Program-made: the position numbers and the translations under genes
The notes under the pieces: model-generated
What the model was told of the DNA's origin: nothing
What the model saw: only the letters and a program-made list of their open reading frames with translations
Databases searched by the model: none
Shown: one piece after another, positions 14,363 to 28,249 of the stretch
How positions within the stretch are numbered: the stretch's first letter is position 1
Layout of the letters: each line of letters starts with the position of its first letter
From: Tubulanus polymorphus
Lineage: Eukaryota > Animalia > Nemertea
NCBI RefSeq assembly: GCF_964204645.1
Contig: NC_134036.1
Span: forward strand, 1,798,001 to 1,862,000
DNA: 64,000 nucleotides
Direction: 5' to 3'

Positions 14363-16162
14363 TAATTTTGCTGACCTCTAAATTAGCTTTCAATGCTTTG
14401 AATTTTAAATGATTACATATGAATATTAGAAATAACATAAAATAAATATATAAAATTAGATTATTCATAAATTATCGTCTAAAATATTATGATTTATATT
14501 TTATAGGAACCTAGACAGACTGTCAAATCATTATTAAGTATGAAATATAACATATTGTATAATCTAAAATATATAGATATTTTTACGAAACCTTCCACAA
14601 TAGCTCATATTATACAGTAAGGTACGGTAGCTAGTTAGTTTGGAAGGTTTTCACGTGTACCTGTCGCAAATTCGATCTTTTCAATAGTAGAATTTTCGCC
14701 CCAGGGGTCCATGTCGTATATTCAGACTTATTGCAGGTAGTTCACGCATTTTTTTTGTGTTCGTTCCAGTTATGAAATCGGTTAGGTTCTGTCGGTGCTG
14801 TTGCAAGGCCTCACCGAGAAAATGTTATGTGTCATAAAAAAAATTAGAATTAAACCCATATATAATTGTGGAATTGGATCCAGAGTCAAATTAAACCCAC
14901 ACAACTGTAGAACTGGATATAGGGACCATGTATCCAGAACGTATTAGGACTAAGGCGAGAAGGAATGATTAATTTGGTTAATATTGATTTGCTGATTTTT
15001 CAGCGTGGCCCTTAGATTTCTTTTTTCTATAATATGGATTGTCCCTCTCGTCAATTTGATTGGTAGATTTGATTTGGTGTCCTTCACAAACTCACCAGAG
15101 CGGTCACACCTGTCGGAAACAAATCAGGCCGTCTGAATTAGAAATCAGATATCGAAATAGAGAGATACAGTTGGATGGTCGGCCGGAATTCGAGGCCATG
15201 CGTTCAATATTCCACTGAAACATACAATTTCCTCTGTTCGCCCTGTTCTATAGTGACCACACGCTGGGGCGAATTCGGTCCCGATTGCAGAAATATTTTT
15301 TTTCAGCTAAATATTTGTCGCGCACATTTCGCCATTAGGTTCACACAAAACGACGATTGTGTCACAACGAATCGCAAAATCGTATTCATTACAATTTCCC
15401 ACAATTGAAACAGGTTTTTATTTTTTTCCCGTTCACGCCAATACGACGTAGTTAATATATCGCGATCTATTGTAAGCGTTTATTACGTGGAAACTCATGT
15501 GATCGGGGAGAGACATTGACCGCCCGGGGCGTCGCGCTCTTCAAATAACTCATCACCACCGAGAATATACAACCACTAAAATAAACCTCGAATAGATAGA
15601 GCTGTTCTGTAAAGACCCCCCGCGGACTGGTGGACCGTAGTCATTATATCTTTATCACCTGCGCAGGTTTTATATCTATGATTTTTTCCCGACGAATTTG
15701 TGCGAATATGAATATGAAATATGGTCGTAAACTTGTGACCCGCTTAAAATACGCTGATTCGTATATTGGTGAATTTTCGAAAACTGTCCGGTACCGCGTT
15801 CAAGTCCACTGTACGGCATTTTAACACACCCTACCACTAGACGGCGTTATGGGCGATCATATCTTATAGTTCACGTATAATTTGTTAAAATCTTTTAATT
15901 TTATCACTTTCAAGAGTAGGCCCTGTTATATATATCAAAATTTGGGAATGGTTGTAATGTAAATAAACTCCTTATTCTGAATTGTGTCGTTAAAATACAT
16001 TAAAATTCCATCTTTTTAGTTCCTCAATGGAAATTTGAACTTCGACTGTTAATTGTTATACCTGGGACGTTTTAATTTTATCATTTGATTTTATTGTAGC
16101 CGTTGCTAAACAAATTTGTGTCCGTTCGAATAACGACAAACGCGGATAGAAATGTCAGTTTT

Positions 16163-16209
16163 ACACTAGATGGCGCTCGATATTTCGATATAGAAACAGC
16201 AGGTGGCGC
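16163..16209 (+). promoter_or_regulatory. Tandem CTCF-like motifs (others at 3197, 6110, 9229 and 15834 on +; 10574 and 31564 on -)
   Basis: acactagatggcgc and acagcaggtggcgc versus the core CCASYAGRKGGCRS. Confidence 0.5.
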
Positions 16210-16596
16210 TACACGTTTCATTACGCATCGGGCGAAAATTTTTGTATTTTCTTTTTAGAAATGTCGAGCTCATTAAAGACACATTGAAATGAAGATTTTG
16301 CAATTGTGTGCAATAATAGAATGGAACCTGTCTTTGAGATAGTTCGTCTGTTCAGTCGACCGTATGACAGTCCCATTATACAACGGACTCGTTTTCCGTC
16401 CGTGGAGTTTTGTTTGAGTTTGTGTGCGAAATGGGTTTTTAATTGTATACATTTAAACGGGTACAAGCGTAACTTACATTACACGCCACATAGATCTTTC
16501 GTTACAAATCGTAGAGTAGTTCATTTTTGAAAACCGTTTTCGCCAAATGTATAGGTTTTTTAACCCTTTAGAACTTGCGGCGATGATCGATTTCAC

Positions 16597-16903
16597 ACCC
16601 AGTCCCGGGACAGTGCGCCATGATCTAAAGTGTCCCAACCAGTCCTGGGAGTGGCTGTATCATATCCAGTCCTGGGACAGTGCGCCATGATCTAAAGTGT
16701 CCCACCCAGTCCTGGGAGCGGCTGTATCATCTACAGTCCTGGGACAGTGCGCCATGATCTAAAGTGTCCCACCCAGTCCTGGGAGCGGCTGTATCATACC
16801 CAGTCATGGGACAGTGCGCCATGATCTAAAGTGTCCCACCCAGTCCTGGGAGCGGCTGTATCATATCCAGTCCTGGGACAGTGCGCCATGACGCTCTACG
16901 ATC
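16597..16903. repeat. 67-bp tandem repeat (about 4.5 units) related to a dispersed cccagtcctgg/gctctacgatc element
   Basis: Period 67; the array ends in gacgctctacgatc, similar to the copies at 22981, 49863 and 63467. Confidence 0.9.
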
Positions 16904-17679
16904 AACAAAATGCTGTGCCTTACCCAATTCTTCTTGGTGAAAATATTCAGTTGACAACGTTACGAAGAGGTTTGATATTATAGTTAAAATTTGGCCAAAT
17001 GGCGAGCATATTGTAAGTCAATCTTTCACCAAGAAGATAGCGTAGAATAGATTTTAGATAGCATAAAAAAGGACAGCAGGGACAGTGCGTTATTTTCAGG
17101 GACTGTCCCTGACAATCAGAGACAGTTGGCCTTTCACATTCCAGCAGTTATAGATTGCCTCCAGTATAAATTCCCTTCTATTCAGAATTTAATTCATCTA
17201 AAAAATCTGTCACACAGGCTGCGGCTTATGCAAAACCCGTCTCGCGAACCGGAATACTAAATCCGGCAATAAATTTATAATAATGATAATAATAATAATG
17301 ATATCGTGTAGCGATTTGAAATATGTTCGCATTTAACGCACCAGATTGTTGATGTCGTCGCCATCGACAACGGCAGAGTAAAAAGCGATGTGAAACGTAA
17401 GAGGATTAAACTCACGATGCAGATTTGAACAATTGAAACTGTTCCGATCGTATATGGTTTAACATTGCCCGTTACTGCTGACAACTTGTCAACGGCTGTC
17501 ACTGTTACCTGCACGTGGTACTCATTCAAATTGTAACGGCTAATGTTTAAAGCTTCATCGCATTGATAGAAATTGGTAATTTTGTACCTACGTACTACTC
17601 TGTGATGGAGTGAGAGATGGTAGAGAGTGGATGAGGTATGGGAGGGGTAATGGGAAGAGCATGAATAAGATAGTAAGGG

Positions 17680-17830
17680 AGAGCAAGGAGAGGGAGAGGG
17701 AGAGGAAGGAGAGGGAGAGAGAGGGGGAGAGGGAGAGCCAGGAGAGGGAGAGCCGGAGAGAGAGAGAGAGGAGAGGGAGGAGAGGGAGATGGCGAGCCAG
17801 GAGAGGAGGGAGTGTCAGGAGAGGGAGAGC

Positions 17831-17895
<65 letters not shown>

Positions 17896-18047
17896 AGAGG
17901 GAAATGGAGAGGGAGAGGGAGGAGAGGGAGATGGCGAGCCAGGAGAGGAGGGAGAGTCAGGAGAGGAAGATGGAGAGCTAGGAGCGGGAGAGGGGGAGCC
18001 AGGAGATGGCGAGCCAGGAGAGAGAGAGAGTCAGGAGAGGAGAGAGC
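17680..18047. repeat. (GA)n / gagagccaggagagg purine tract
   Basis: Direct reading. Confidence 0.95.
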
Positions 18048-18684
18048 AACACAACGTCAAGCAGCCAACTTGTATTACAATCACTCATCATAAGATGTTA
18101 GCTTTTAAACTTGTCATTAACAGTGTTATTAAAAGCTCGTTAGGACAATGAAACCGGTTGCCATCTCGACGACGAATAAAGCAAAGTTGACGTCATTCAT
18201 CGTTTTACTCCCATGTTTTAGAAGATGATAACAATAGATCAACCTGTCGTCTGATATCGGGTCATTAAAACGTTTTCGCGAAGTCTTCAATCAAATTGAA
18301 AGTGCTTCGAAGAGGTCTTTGAAATTAGCAGAGAATAAACGAGAGTTTAGAAAACGATGTTCTGTAAAAATTGTTTGTACGTCATCGAAAAGTGTCCGTT
18401 CCAACTTCTGCGAGGAGGGAGGAGGGGCTGATACAAGATATCTTATAATTACATTTCAAAATCGAAAGCTTACCAGAAGTGGCAGCAGAACACAGTACAC
18501 AGCATAATTCAATTTTAATATCGAAATAAAGATTGTCCCCGTTATTTGGTTGGAAGAGTTGGTCTGATTCGTTTTCATTTGGTGTCATCAACAAACCGAC
18601 CACACCGGCCGGGAACACATAATTCAAACCGCAGAGTATTGGTTAGGGTTCTAGGATCGTACGGAAAATAAATTACCTTTAAAT

Positions 18685-18903
18685 GGTTCTCCCAAGAACC
18701 CTGTCAAGAACCATTTGACAATATTGAAAGGGTTCTAACAAGAACCCTTTATACGAAATGGTTCTTCAAAGAACCTTTACCAGGGGTTCTTCAAGGAACC
18801 CTACAAAAAAGGTTCTTTGAAGAACCTTCAGGGGTTCTCCCTGGGAGGCAAGCCCAAGAACCCCTAAAGGTTCTACGGTAGAACCCTTTGGTTCTAAGAG
18901 TGT
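18685..18903. mobile_element. End of a non-autonomous DNA transposon with an array of GGTTCT-N-GAACC subterminal palindromes (CACT-terminated, EnSpm/CMC-like)
   Basis: About 7 short palindromes, ending ttctaagagtg|ta (reverse complement CACTCTTAGAA). Confidence 0.65.
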
Positions 18904-18992
18904 AGATACAACCTCCTCCAGGACTGGGTGAATTCCTTCCTTTCAACCATCAGAACGTTTATGTCAGTGTACCGTACATTGTTGGATAAACC

Positions 18993-19226
18993 AGGGACCG
19001 CAGTTGCTCTAAACTTGGAGTAATCAATCATTTGAATGATTACTCCAAGCTCTAACGTTGGTTAAAGCTTGGAGTAATCATTTAGAGCTTGGAGTAGTCA
19101 AATGATTACTCCAAGGTTAAAGATAACCGGTGGAAAATTATTTGAGTAACAGTAAACTATGAATTGTCATTATGTGTAAACTAACCACTGGTAAACTGTA
19201 ACCGCCTTTTGAGCAACTGGCCTCAG
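18993..19226. mobile_element. MITE of the cagttgctc..aa TIR family, carrying two secondary insertions
   Basis: cagttgctct ... ttttgagcaactgg; similar to 35700-35827. Confidence 0.7.
19014..19115. mobile_element. Two transposon footprints (19014-19049, 19068-19115) with CTTGGAGTAATCATTTG-type ends and 7-bp TSDs
   Basis: TSDs ctctaaa/ctctaac and gttaaag/gttaaag; removing the inserts restores the host MITE sequence seen near 35790-35825. Confidence 0.75.
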
Positions 19227-19264
19227 CAGGACCGTAACGCGAGTCAGAACTCGGTGTATACGAC

Positions 19265-19296
19265 CATGGACGTATAAACTAGTTTATACGTCCATT
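19265..19296. mobile_element. Transposon footprint CATGGACGTATAAACTAGTTTATACGTCCAT(T) with 7-bp TSD
   Basis: Near-perfect 32-bp palindrome flanked by atacgac/atacaac. Confidence 0.7.
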
Positions 19297-19819
19297 ATAC
19301 AACCTATACGGACCATTGGGTGAATAAACAAGTCAAACAGGGAAATTACTGTGCGCCTGAAGTTACAGCCGTTGAGAGGGAGAGCAGACGATAGACTGGG
19401 TGATCGATAGATGCAATAGGATCAGAGGGCGCGGACAGTTTTAGAGTCCAGTACAGCTCACCGATAGTTAAGAGTCAAGTAGCACTTTGTACGCCGTTAA
19501 GTGAAATGCTTTATGGTCGATGGGAACAGAAAGGATTAACTTAACGTTGATGGAATTTACTCTTCTTCGTTCCTGCTCGTTTCGGCCGTCTCTCGCTAAA
19601 CGGTCATTATCGACGACGGAGACAACGGAGCACGAACGATTGGATGCAGCGGATCGTTTTGCAGCAGGTGCAGATGCGAACATTCACCAGCACCATCAGC
19701 TGCAATCGTTGTAGTATAGCTCGTACAGCCGTTGATGGAGGTGAACACGCAGATGCAGTTGATGTTGTCAAACTGATAAATTAGCATTCAGTAGTATTTT
19801 GGACCTTACGTCAAGGTTG

Positions 19820-20880
19820 AACCAACTTAAGACCAGTTTAAGCTCATAGTGGTCCTGTAGCCAATCTAACAACTTAAGACCAGTCTAAGCTCATAGTGGT
19901 CCTGTAGCCAATCTAACAACTTAAGACTAGTTTAAGCCCACCCTGGTTCTACTACCAACCTTACAACTTAAGACCAGTCTAAACTCATTCTGATTATACA
20001 GTCAATTTAACAAATTAAGACCAGTCTCAGCTCATCGTGGTCCTGTAGCCAATCTAACAACTTAAGACCAGTTTAAGCCCACCCTGGTTCTACTACCAAC
20101 CTTACAACTTAAGACCAGTCTAAACTCATTCTGATTATATAGTCAATTTAACAAATTAAGACCAGTTAAAGCTCATTTTGGTCCTGTAGCCAATCTAACA
20201 ACTTAAGACCAGTCTAGGCTCATTGTGGTCCTGTAGCCAATCTAACAACTTAAGACCAGTCTAGGCTCATTGTGGTCCTGTAGCCAATCTAACAACTTAA
20301 GACTAGTTTAAGCCCACCCTGGTTCTACTACCAACCTTACAACTTAAGACCAGTCTAAACTCATTCTGGTTATACAGTCAATTTAACAAATTAAGACCAG
20401 TCTCAGCTCATCGTGGTCCTGTAGCCAATCTAACAACTTAAGACCAGTTTAAGCCCACCCTGGTTCTACTACCAACCTTACAACTTAAGACCAGTCTAAA
20501 CTCATTCTGATTATATAGTCAATTTAACAAATTAAGACCAGTTAAAGCTCATTTTGGTCCTGTAGCCAATCTAACAACTTAAGACCAGTCTAGGCTCATT
20601 GTGGTCCTGTAGCCAATCTAACAACTTAAGACCAGTCTAGGCTCATTGTGGTCCTGTAGCCAATCTAACAACTTAAGACCAGTCTAGGCTCATTGTGGTC
20701 CTGTAGCCAATCTAACAACTTAAGACCAGTCTAAGCTCATAGTGGTCCTGTAGCCAATCTAACAACTGAATACCAGTTTCATCCCACCCTGGTGCTACTA
20801 GCAGCCTAACAAATTAAGACCAGTTTAAGCTCATTTTGGTTCTATGCCTAATCTAACAACTTAAGACCAGTTTAAGTCAA
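19820..20880. repeat. 47-bp minisatellite with a 376-bp (8-mer) higher-order repeat
   Basis: Unit aacaacttaagaccagtctaagctcatagtggtcctgtagccaatct; the diagnostic gactag variant recurs at 19925 and 20301. Confidence 0.95.
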
Positions 20881-21280
20881 ATTTTACGACCATCAATTCC
20901 GGTTAGACTTAAAACAGTGTAAGCAGGTCCGCGCGATAAAGTAAATCAAACATGTAAGTCAATAAAATGTGTGGCATGTTGTGATGTTGCCCAGAGCTAT
21001 TATATCGAAAAGCAGCCGGTAACGGCCTTTTGTCTATCGACGAATTCCAAATCGAGAGCCGTTATTCAATGACTGGATTCGATGCGTTTAGCGAAGAGAT
21101 GATGATGTCAGCGATCACCTTCCCCTGATCTGACGATAATGGCTTAAATTGAACCGTGTGAAAACTGCATATGCGTCATCATATGTTGGACAAATCGTTC
21201 CAGTAGTACATGCCCTGGTCAAACCAGTGAATACTACACGGCTGTAAAATATCTTTAATTATTCGCAGTTTGTAAATATT

Positions 21281-21546
21281 ACGATTCAGTAAAATGATTA
21301 GTTACCTATGACGACCTTATCTGAATAATTTCAAAAATTCAGTAAAATTATGATTAGTTACTAATGACGACCTTCTCATTCTCAATAACTTCAACGATTC
21401 AGTAAAATTATTATTAGTTACTAATGACGACCTTCTCATTCTTAATAACATCAACGATTCAGTAAAATTATGATTAGTTACTAATGACGACCTTCTCATT
21501 CTCAATAACTTCAACGATTCAGTAAAATGATTATTAGTTACTAATG
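21281..21546. repeat. 60-bp minisatellite, second locus (about 4.5 units)
   Basis: Same unit as at 13.7 kb. Confidence 0.93.
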
Positions 21547-23654
21547 CCAATCCGAAATTCAGATATTGTGCTGTTATTGCAAATAAAACTAGATTTACCA
21601 CACAATCACAGCTTATATTTGAGATATCACAACGAATTCGATATATCGATATCAAATCAATGCGATGACATAATTCATTGTAACAGCGATGCGTCCAGCA
21701 TCCGTTGGGAGCATAAGCTTTATGTGCTACCGCGTATTGATAGATGTCCAGTTTCGCCGACAGGTTTTATCGATATTTGAGATATCGAATCGATATATCA
21801 ATCATACGCACTAGGTACACGCACGCAGGACACTTCTGTAATCATCAATATTCAATTATCGATAGATTACGTAATTCGCCGCAAGACGTTTATAGATTAA
21901 CTTGTCACGAAAGCTACCATGGAAGGTGAGGGAAAGTTGCACAATGTGTGATGGGCAAGATGTGCCAAAACTCAAAATAGTCGTTCGTGGATAGATGAAC
22001 CAAAAGCAGCTGTCGCATAATTGATGCCAAAATACACTAAAAGCTAGATTTTCAAAATGCACGAAAAGCTGGATCTTATAAAAGCCAAAATGCACCAAGA
22101 AGAAGATGGATGCCAAAATGCACCAAATCAAGATGTTCTGATGGATGCCAAAATGACCCAAATGCAGGATGTGCTTACGGGTATCAAAATCACCAGGATC
22201 CATGATGGTCCAATTAATTTTTACAAAACGTAACAACCGTCAGCTAGACAGAATACACCAAAAGCAAGATGGTCAAATCGAAGAAGAGGATCGCCCATCA
22301 TGGTCCAAAATTTAAACATACGCAAGAAAGACTTGATGGAAGAAGCAAGATGTTCCAATGGACGATAAAATACACCATAAGCAAGATGGCATGTTGAGAA
22401 TGTTAAGTGCCTAAAAGCCGTTAAGTTTCAAGGAATCGCCTTTCATCGTCGACTCATAAAAACCACAGTGACACGACCGGCAATAATTCCATCATCGCAT
22501 TTATCTTCCGCATCTCACTCTCGATTCGATATATCACCGCTGGCTGTATCAGCACCGTCCAGCAGCATCCACACCAGTAGTAAAATAGCTCCAGCAGCAG
22601 CAGCAGCACCAGCAGTACCACCAGCAGCAGCAGCAGCAGCAGTACCAGCAGCAGTATCCCATCCTCTACTCTCTCCCGTCACTTATGAGATATTAAATTA
22701 GAATTTCTCTCACTTATCCTGCGATAATCATCGGACATTTTCGAATGATAATAAATTTCCGTCATCTCGAATTCGGCCAATTTATTTCCATATCGAATTA
22801 GCTTCCGATTACTGTCAGTACAGCAGTGCCAGTACACTGCCTCCAACTCTGTATCCACCGCCGCCGGGGTGCTCCGATAACAGATAAACGAATTACACAC
22901 AAATGATTGGAGTACATCGCAGTATTCAAACCACTCCAATACCTGCATTACATAAGCGAATTATACTAATATCTAATTACTTCACCGAGAACCTTAGTGT
23001 CTGATCACTGGGTTCACTAGGATCGTAGAGCGACGTAGATCACTGTGGGGACAACTACTGCCAGGACTGGGTGGGTGAAGGGTTGTTGGTGAATTTTCGA
23101 CTAAGTTAAATGAAATCAATTTAGTAAGATGAATGGAGCCTTAAAGTGAACTAATAACACGACGTTAATACGGTAATGAAGTTATAGATGGAATTATAGA
23201 GGTTACTATTGTCTTACATCAACAAATCTATTGTTATAGGCAGATTTAAAGAAGCGGCCATTTTTTTCTAGAAGTATCACTTTTAGACGTAGATATCTTT
23301 CGTGAATGTACTTTACACCACCCCAATTACAGAACGCCATAGACAGACTTCTAGATGTGGCCATCCGTTCTGGAAGCGCCGTAAGGAAAATCTGACGACA
23401 TAGCCATCTTTGGTCTTTGCCACAACATCGATGGTCTTTGGGTTTAGACCTTGATACCAATTTCACGATGTCATATAAGTAGACATCTAAAAATGGCCGT
23501 CCTAATGGAATGATGGTGTCTAAGGGATATATTCGGCAGTTACATAATCCTTATCACCTCGTAAGTTCCATATGAACGTTTTCGTTCTTTATGCCATGGA
23601 AATAGAATTGATTTTCTTTAAATCAGTGCGCGAATGTCCTGCTGTCGCCGGTGA

Positions 23655-23799
<145 letters not shown>

Positions 23800-25330
23800 A
23801 GAAACTGGTGATCAATGCACTTGCGCCGCTCAAATCATTTCGTTATTACCTTTTCTCCGAGGTGCTATATACATCCACACATGTACATGCACATCCTTGA
23901 AATGAGATTGGTATTAGCGGTAATATAAGCACTTCTCGGGGCGATGGCGAATTGAGAATGAGACAAAATCACCATCTTATCACATCAGGTGTATTGTATA
24001 TATACCTTTTCGCGTGTATATAATGAATGTAGCAGGTTACAGCGCAGACGAAGAAGAGTGCGCGAGCGAGGACAGAGATTATTACTATTTCTAATCATTT
24101 TTCCAATCTAACAGAAATGCGACGAGGACAGATTGAGGTCTATATATAGCGCCGTTCGAGTCAGCGGAGTGCGAAATTGTCATTCAAAAAGATACAGGAT
24201 AAAGAGATGCGACATCAGAGGACTGTAGAAATGACCAGATGTTGTTCAGATGAAGAACTAGCTCCACCATCTCATCAGTAATGGTCATAGCTCGGAAACG
24301 GCAGCGCCAAGTTGTTCTGATAAACCCTCTAACTGTAATTGTGATAATAGGTTTTTTTCCGGTGTCACTGCGATAGGTGGAAACTCGTAATAGGTTCTCA
24401 GTGAACCCCCTTCTTCCGACTACACTGGTTCCACAGCAGAGAGCAAGAAAGACGACGAAGACTCTTTCTCTACGACTGATTTCCACAAATCTCGGTGAAC
24501 CCAATCGGCCTAAGCAGTGAGTAGGGCCAGGGTTAGGATTAGAGATAGTAGGTTCTTTGTGAACCCCTCGACTTATTGGCGAGAGCCTAGCTATCAGAAC
24601 AGTCACAATACGCTCGCATGCACCACTCGGGCAGAAGTTCTTGTAAGGAATCACACGTCCAGATTGCTACCTTATCTCATATTTCTGCGTAGCTTAAAAT
24701 TTGACCCGACCGGCCGCCTATCTACCATGTACATTACTTTTTTAAGATCATGATCAAGCTAACAATAACATACCCGGCAGTTATAGAAATAAACTGATTA
24801 AACATTCCATTGCAGTTTACAAAAGTGACCCAGCCGATTAGGAGAGACAAAGCCTCTAACTAATGCATACTCAACATCTCACGAGAATTTAAAACAATCT
24901 TACAACAGAACACTCCGTTACAACAACACAACCGGCGCTCGTTGCCGATGACGACAAAAAGGAAACGGCCCATCACATTAATAGCAGAAAGCCGTTGTCG
25001 CACGCGACACTGTAGCGTAGAGTAAGTTGGGTGGCTTTTCATCAGTAAAGTGATTTTTCTAGATTGTCGTCGTAGTTGTTCGGCAGATCGACGACTGACT
25101 GATTTCATCTAATAATAGCGACGGTACACGCGAAATTACCGTAGACTCTCTAATAATTCGCAACGAGAAAGATACGTTCGATCTTGATAATGTATCCAGG
25201 TCCCGGTTGAAAAGAGTCGCGAGTTAGAGTTAACTCTTGAGTCAGACCCTAATTCAAAACTGTGGAACTGAGTCCGGGATGTTAAACACGATGAAAAGAT
25301 TTCAACTTTCTTCAGAATAAAAAGGAAAAT

Positions 25331-25637
25331 TTGCCATGCCAGCCATCTTTAAACAAACATAGCTGCCATGCCAGCTATCTTTAAACAAACATAGCTGCCA
25401 TGCCAGCTATCTTTAAACAAACATAGCTGCCATGCCAGCCATCTTTAAACAAACATAGCTGCCATGCCAGCCATCTTTAAACAAACATGCTGCCATGCCA
25501 GCCATCTTTAAACAAACATAGCTGCCATGCCAGCTATCTTTAAACAAACATGCTGCCATGCCAGCCATCTTTAAACAAACATAGCTGCCATGCCAGCCAT
25601 CTTTAGACAAACATAGCTGCCATGCCAGCCATCTTTG
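25331..25637. repeat. 32-bp minisatellite
   Basis: Unit ctgccatgccagccatctttaaacaaacatag. Confidence 0.95.
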
Positions 25638-25966
25638 AAATCATACGGAAGCAAAGTGGCTGTGGATAGAGCATTGTGTCATTCATGTTTCCGGCCGAGA
25701 TCCCATGTCACACACGGTATCACATAAACCTCTAGGACAGCAGAGAATCAATCAAACTGACACACACACGGAATACACTGACATGTATCCTGGCGTGAAA
25801 ATACTATCCGTCAAGTTACCGGAGAGATTAACTGCGTCATAGACTGATCCGTGACGCATCCAAGCGTGACGCACCTGTCTGTCATACATCCTTTACATCG
25901 GATGGACACAGCAGCAGCAGCAGCAGCAGCTACTACAGCAACTTCATACACGGAGACATGAGAGCA

Positions 25967-26090
25967 AAAACTGATCGTCCACACTTCACATGTGTTCAGT
26001 GCTTCCTTCACCTGAGACATTTCTTATCGAAAATGAACTACAAACACCAGATATTAGACATTTTATCAGCGCAACTTCCAAAAACTGACC
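25967..26090 (+). repeat. 109-bp minisatellite, single unit
   Basis: One complete monomer. Confidence 0.9.
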
Positions 26091-27092
26091 ACTCGTTATA
26101 ATAATGCATGTCTTAAGTGATGCTGACCATACACACCCATAAGAGATCCATTCTAGCTATCTTCAAATCAATCACCTTGAAATAAATATCTTACCCGATT
26201 TTCGTCGTTATACCGGTAACTTTCGTATTCGTCCATTTCGTAATCCTTTATATAGATCCTATACAGTATTCTAGCTATATCTCATACAATGATTTTTCCA
26301 CCATAAAGAACGTCTAGAGTCTAGAGGATCGATGTCTTTTTTATCAGTTGAGTCAATGATATTCTGTATGGAATTTTAGATTTTTCAAAGTGAATCCGTT
26401 TTATTTCGGGTTGAATCAGTATCCATTTACAGAACCTACTGAAACCTGATAGAGTCTATAGTGAAGTGTACCAGCGATACAAGTCGATCTCATCCAATTC
26501 ACACGTGTAAATCATCAACACTCAATAACCGCATTGTATCAATGCGCATGAAAAACTTATCTATTCCGGAATTCAATTCAGATTTTAAAATGAAACCACT
26601 AAAACGTAACATTAGATGGTATTCCTGAATTTCATCTATTCCTGACAATGATCTTATTCCGATGAACACTTTAAGTCCACTACATTGAGTTGTCTTTTTT
26701 CTAAATCCCAAACTTGTTAACTAAGTTCGTTTAGATTACGAAACGACGGTAGAAATTTCAGAATTCTCGCAAATGACGTCATTACGCTGTGTTCGTTTAT
26801 ACCGAACTGCGGAAGATGCGGGATATTCCTATTATCGGCATCATCGTCATCTTTATCACGACGACAGTGCGGCTGTCGACTCGACGGTGTGTATGAGGAG
26901 GTGACGGGAAGGAATTGTAAAGATGATCAGCAGCACAACGATGTCCGCAGAATTCTTAAACAGCTTCGACGGAGAATACCAACTTACACACGCAATACAA
27001 ATGACGAATACCGGTTCGATGAGGAGCGAACTTTGCGATATTCGTCAGAGTTTAGTAAAGATACGAGGAAATCTATCTCTGAGTCTATATAA

Positions 27093-27370
27093 GAGATTCG
27101 AGATTATCGCGAGATAATCACTAAATATGTATTGTAGATTCGAGATAATCGCGTGATAATCACTGAATATGTTTTAGAGATTCAAGACAATCGCGAGATA
27201 ATCACTGAATATGTATTGTAGAATCGAGATAATCGCGGGATAATCACTGAGTATGAATTAGAGATTCGAGATAATCGCGAGATAATCACTGAATATGTAT
27301 TAGAGATTCGAGATAATCGCGAGATAATCACTAAATATGTATTAGTGATACGTGGTTATCACTGAGTCTC
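27093..27370. repeat. 42-bp minisatellite rich in GATAA
   Basis: Unit gagattcgagataatcgcgagataatcactgaatatgtatta. Confidence 0.92.
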
Positions 27371-28249
27371 AATTAAAGATACGAGATCAACTTTCATTTC
27401 AAAGTGATATCAATAAGCAACTGAAGATAATGATGTTTGTTGAAATACGGAGTTTATCCTGGAGTTTATCGCACAAAAACTACCATAGTTGACGCCAGAT
27501 TTGCTAATATAATTTGTCTCGGAGAGTTTACTACGATTCAACACAAGCTAGAAAGAGACAGATCGCTTTCTAAACTCGTACAGTTCTCACGTCGCTTCTA
27601 CAAAACGATTCCGATTGCAAAACAGCGAAAATTCGTCGACGAATTTCTCACAGAGATGGTTTTCGCTATTCGAGAAATCGCTCACGCGTTTTACGACGCA
27701 TTCCCAGTGAGCATCAGAGTAGGTTGGTGTGAGGATGTCCGTCCGTAGCTGACCGTGTACAAACTCTCTACACATCCACATACATCCATAGATTGATAAA
27801 TGCTCTCTCTCTCTATCTATCTCTCGCGCACTGTCCGGTTCATGTCACACATGCCCTGAATTGCTAATTACCACTAATACCACACAATAGATTACACGCG
27901 TCCAACGACAACAAGAAGAACATTTGGAACCCGCAGCGATATACTAAACATTAACATACTCATACATTAGCCATCAATCGTTCCTCATTCTCGATAAATT
28001 CAAATTGACCTCCCCTGCATAATATTCACTGACAGCCTTAATTACTATCGATATATATCTGTATGTACTGTACATGTGTCGTACAAATCCAGTTGACGGT
28101 CGCAGCACTGTCCGACGACTCTGATCTGTCGAACTGCTGCTGGTACTGGGGTGTATAGGGTCACAGTTAGTCAATCAGAGATTACTGAAATTGAGTCAAT
28201 GAATTTCGACCCCGAAGATCTCTGGACGCAGTCCTAGGTTTTCTAGGAG

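Noticed and set aside
18685-18903. CRISPR-like array of short palindromes
   Set aside because: Repeats are only about 17 bp and degenerate, spacers are short and irregular, there are no cas genes, the context is eukaryotic, and the array ends in a transposon-like terminus.
24240-24280. CTGATGA-GATG...CATC-TGAAC hammerhead-like motif (similar weak cases near 19580 and 34700)
   Set aside because: GAAA or CUGANGA core incomplete; stems I and III not supported.
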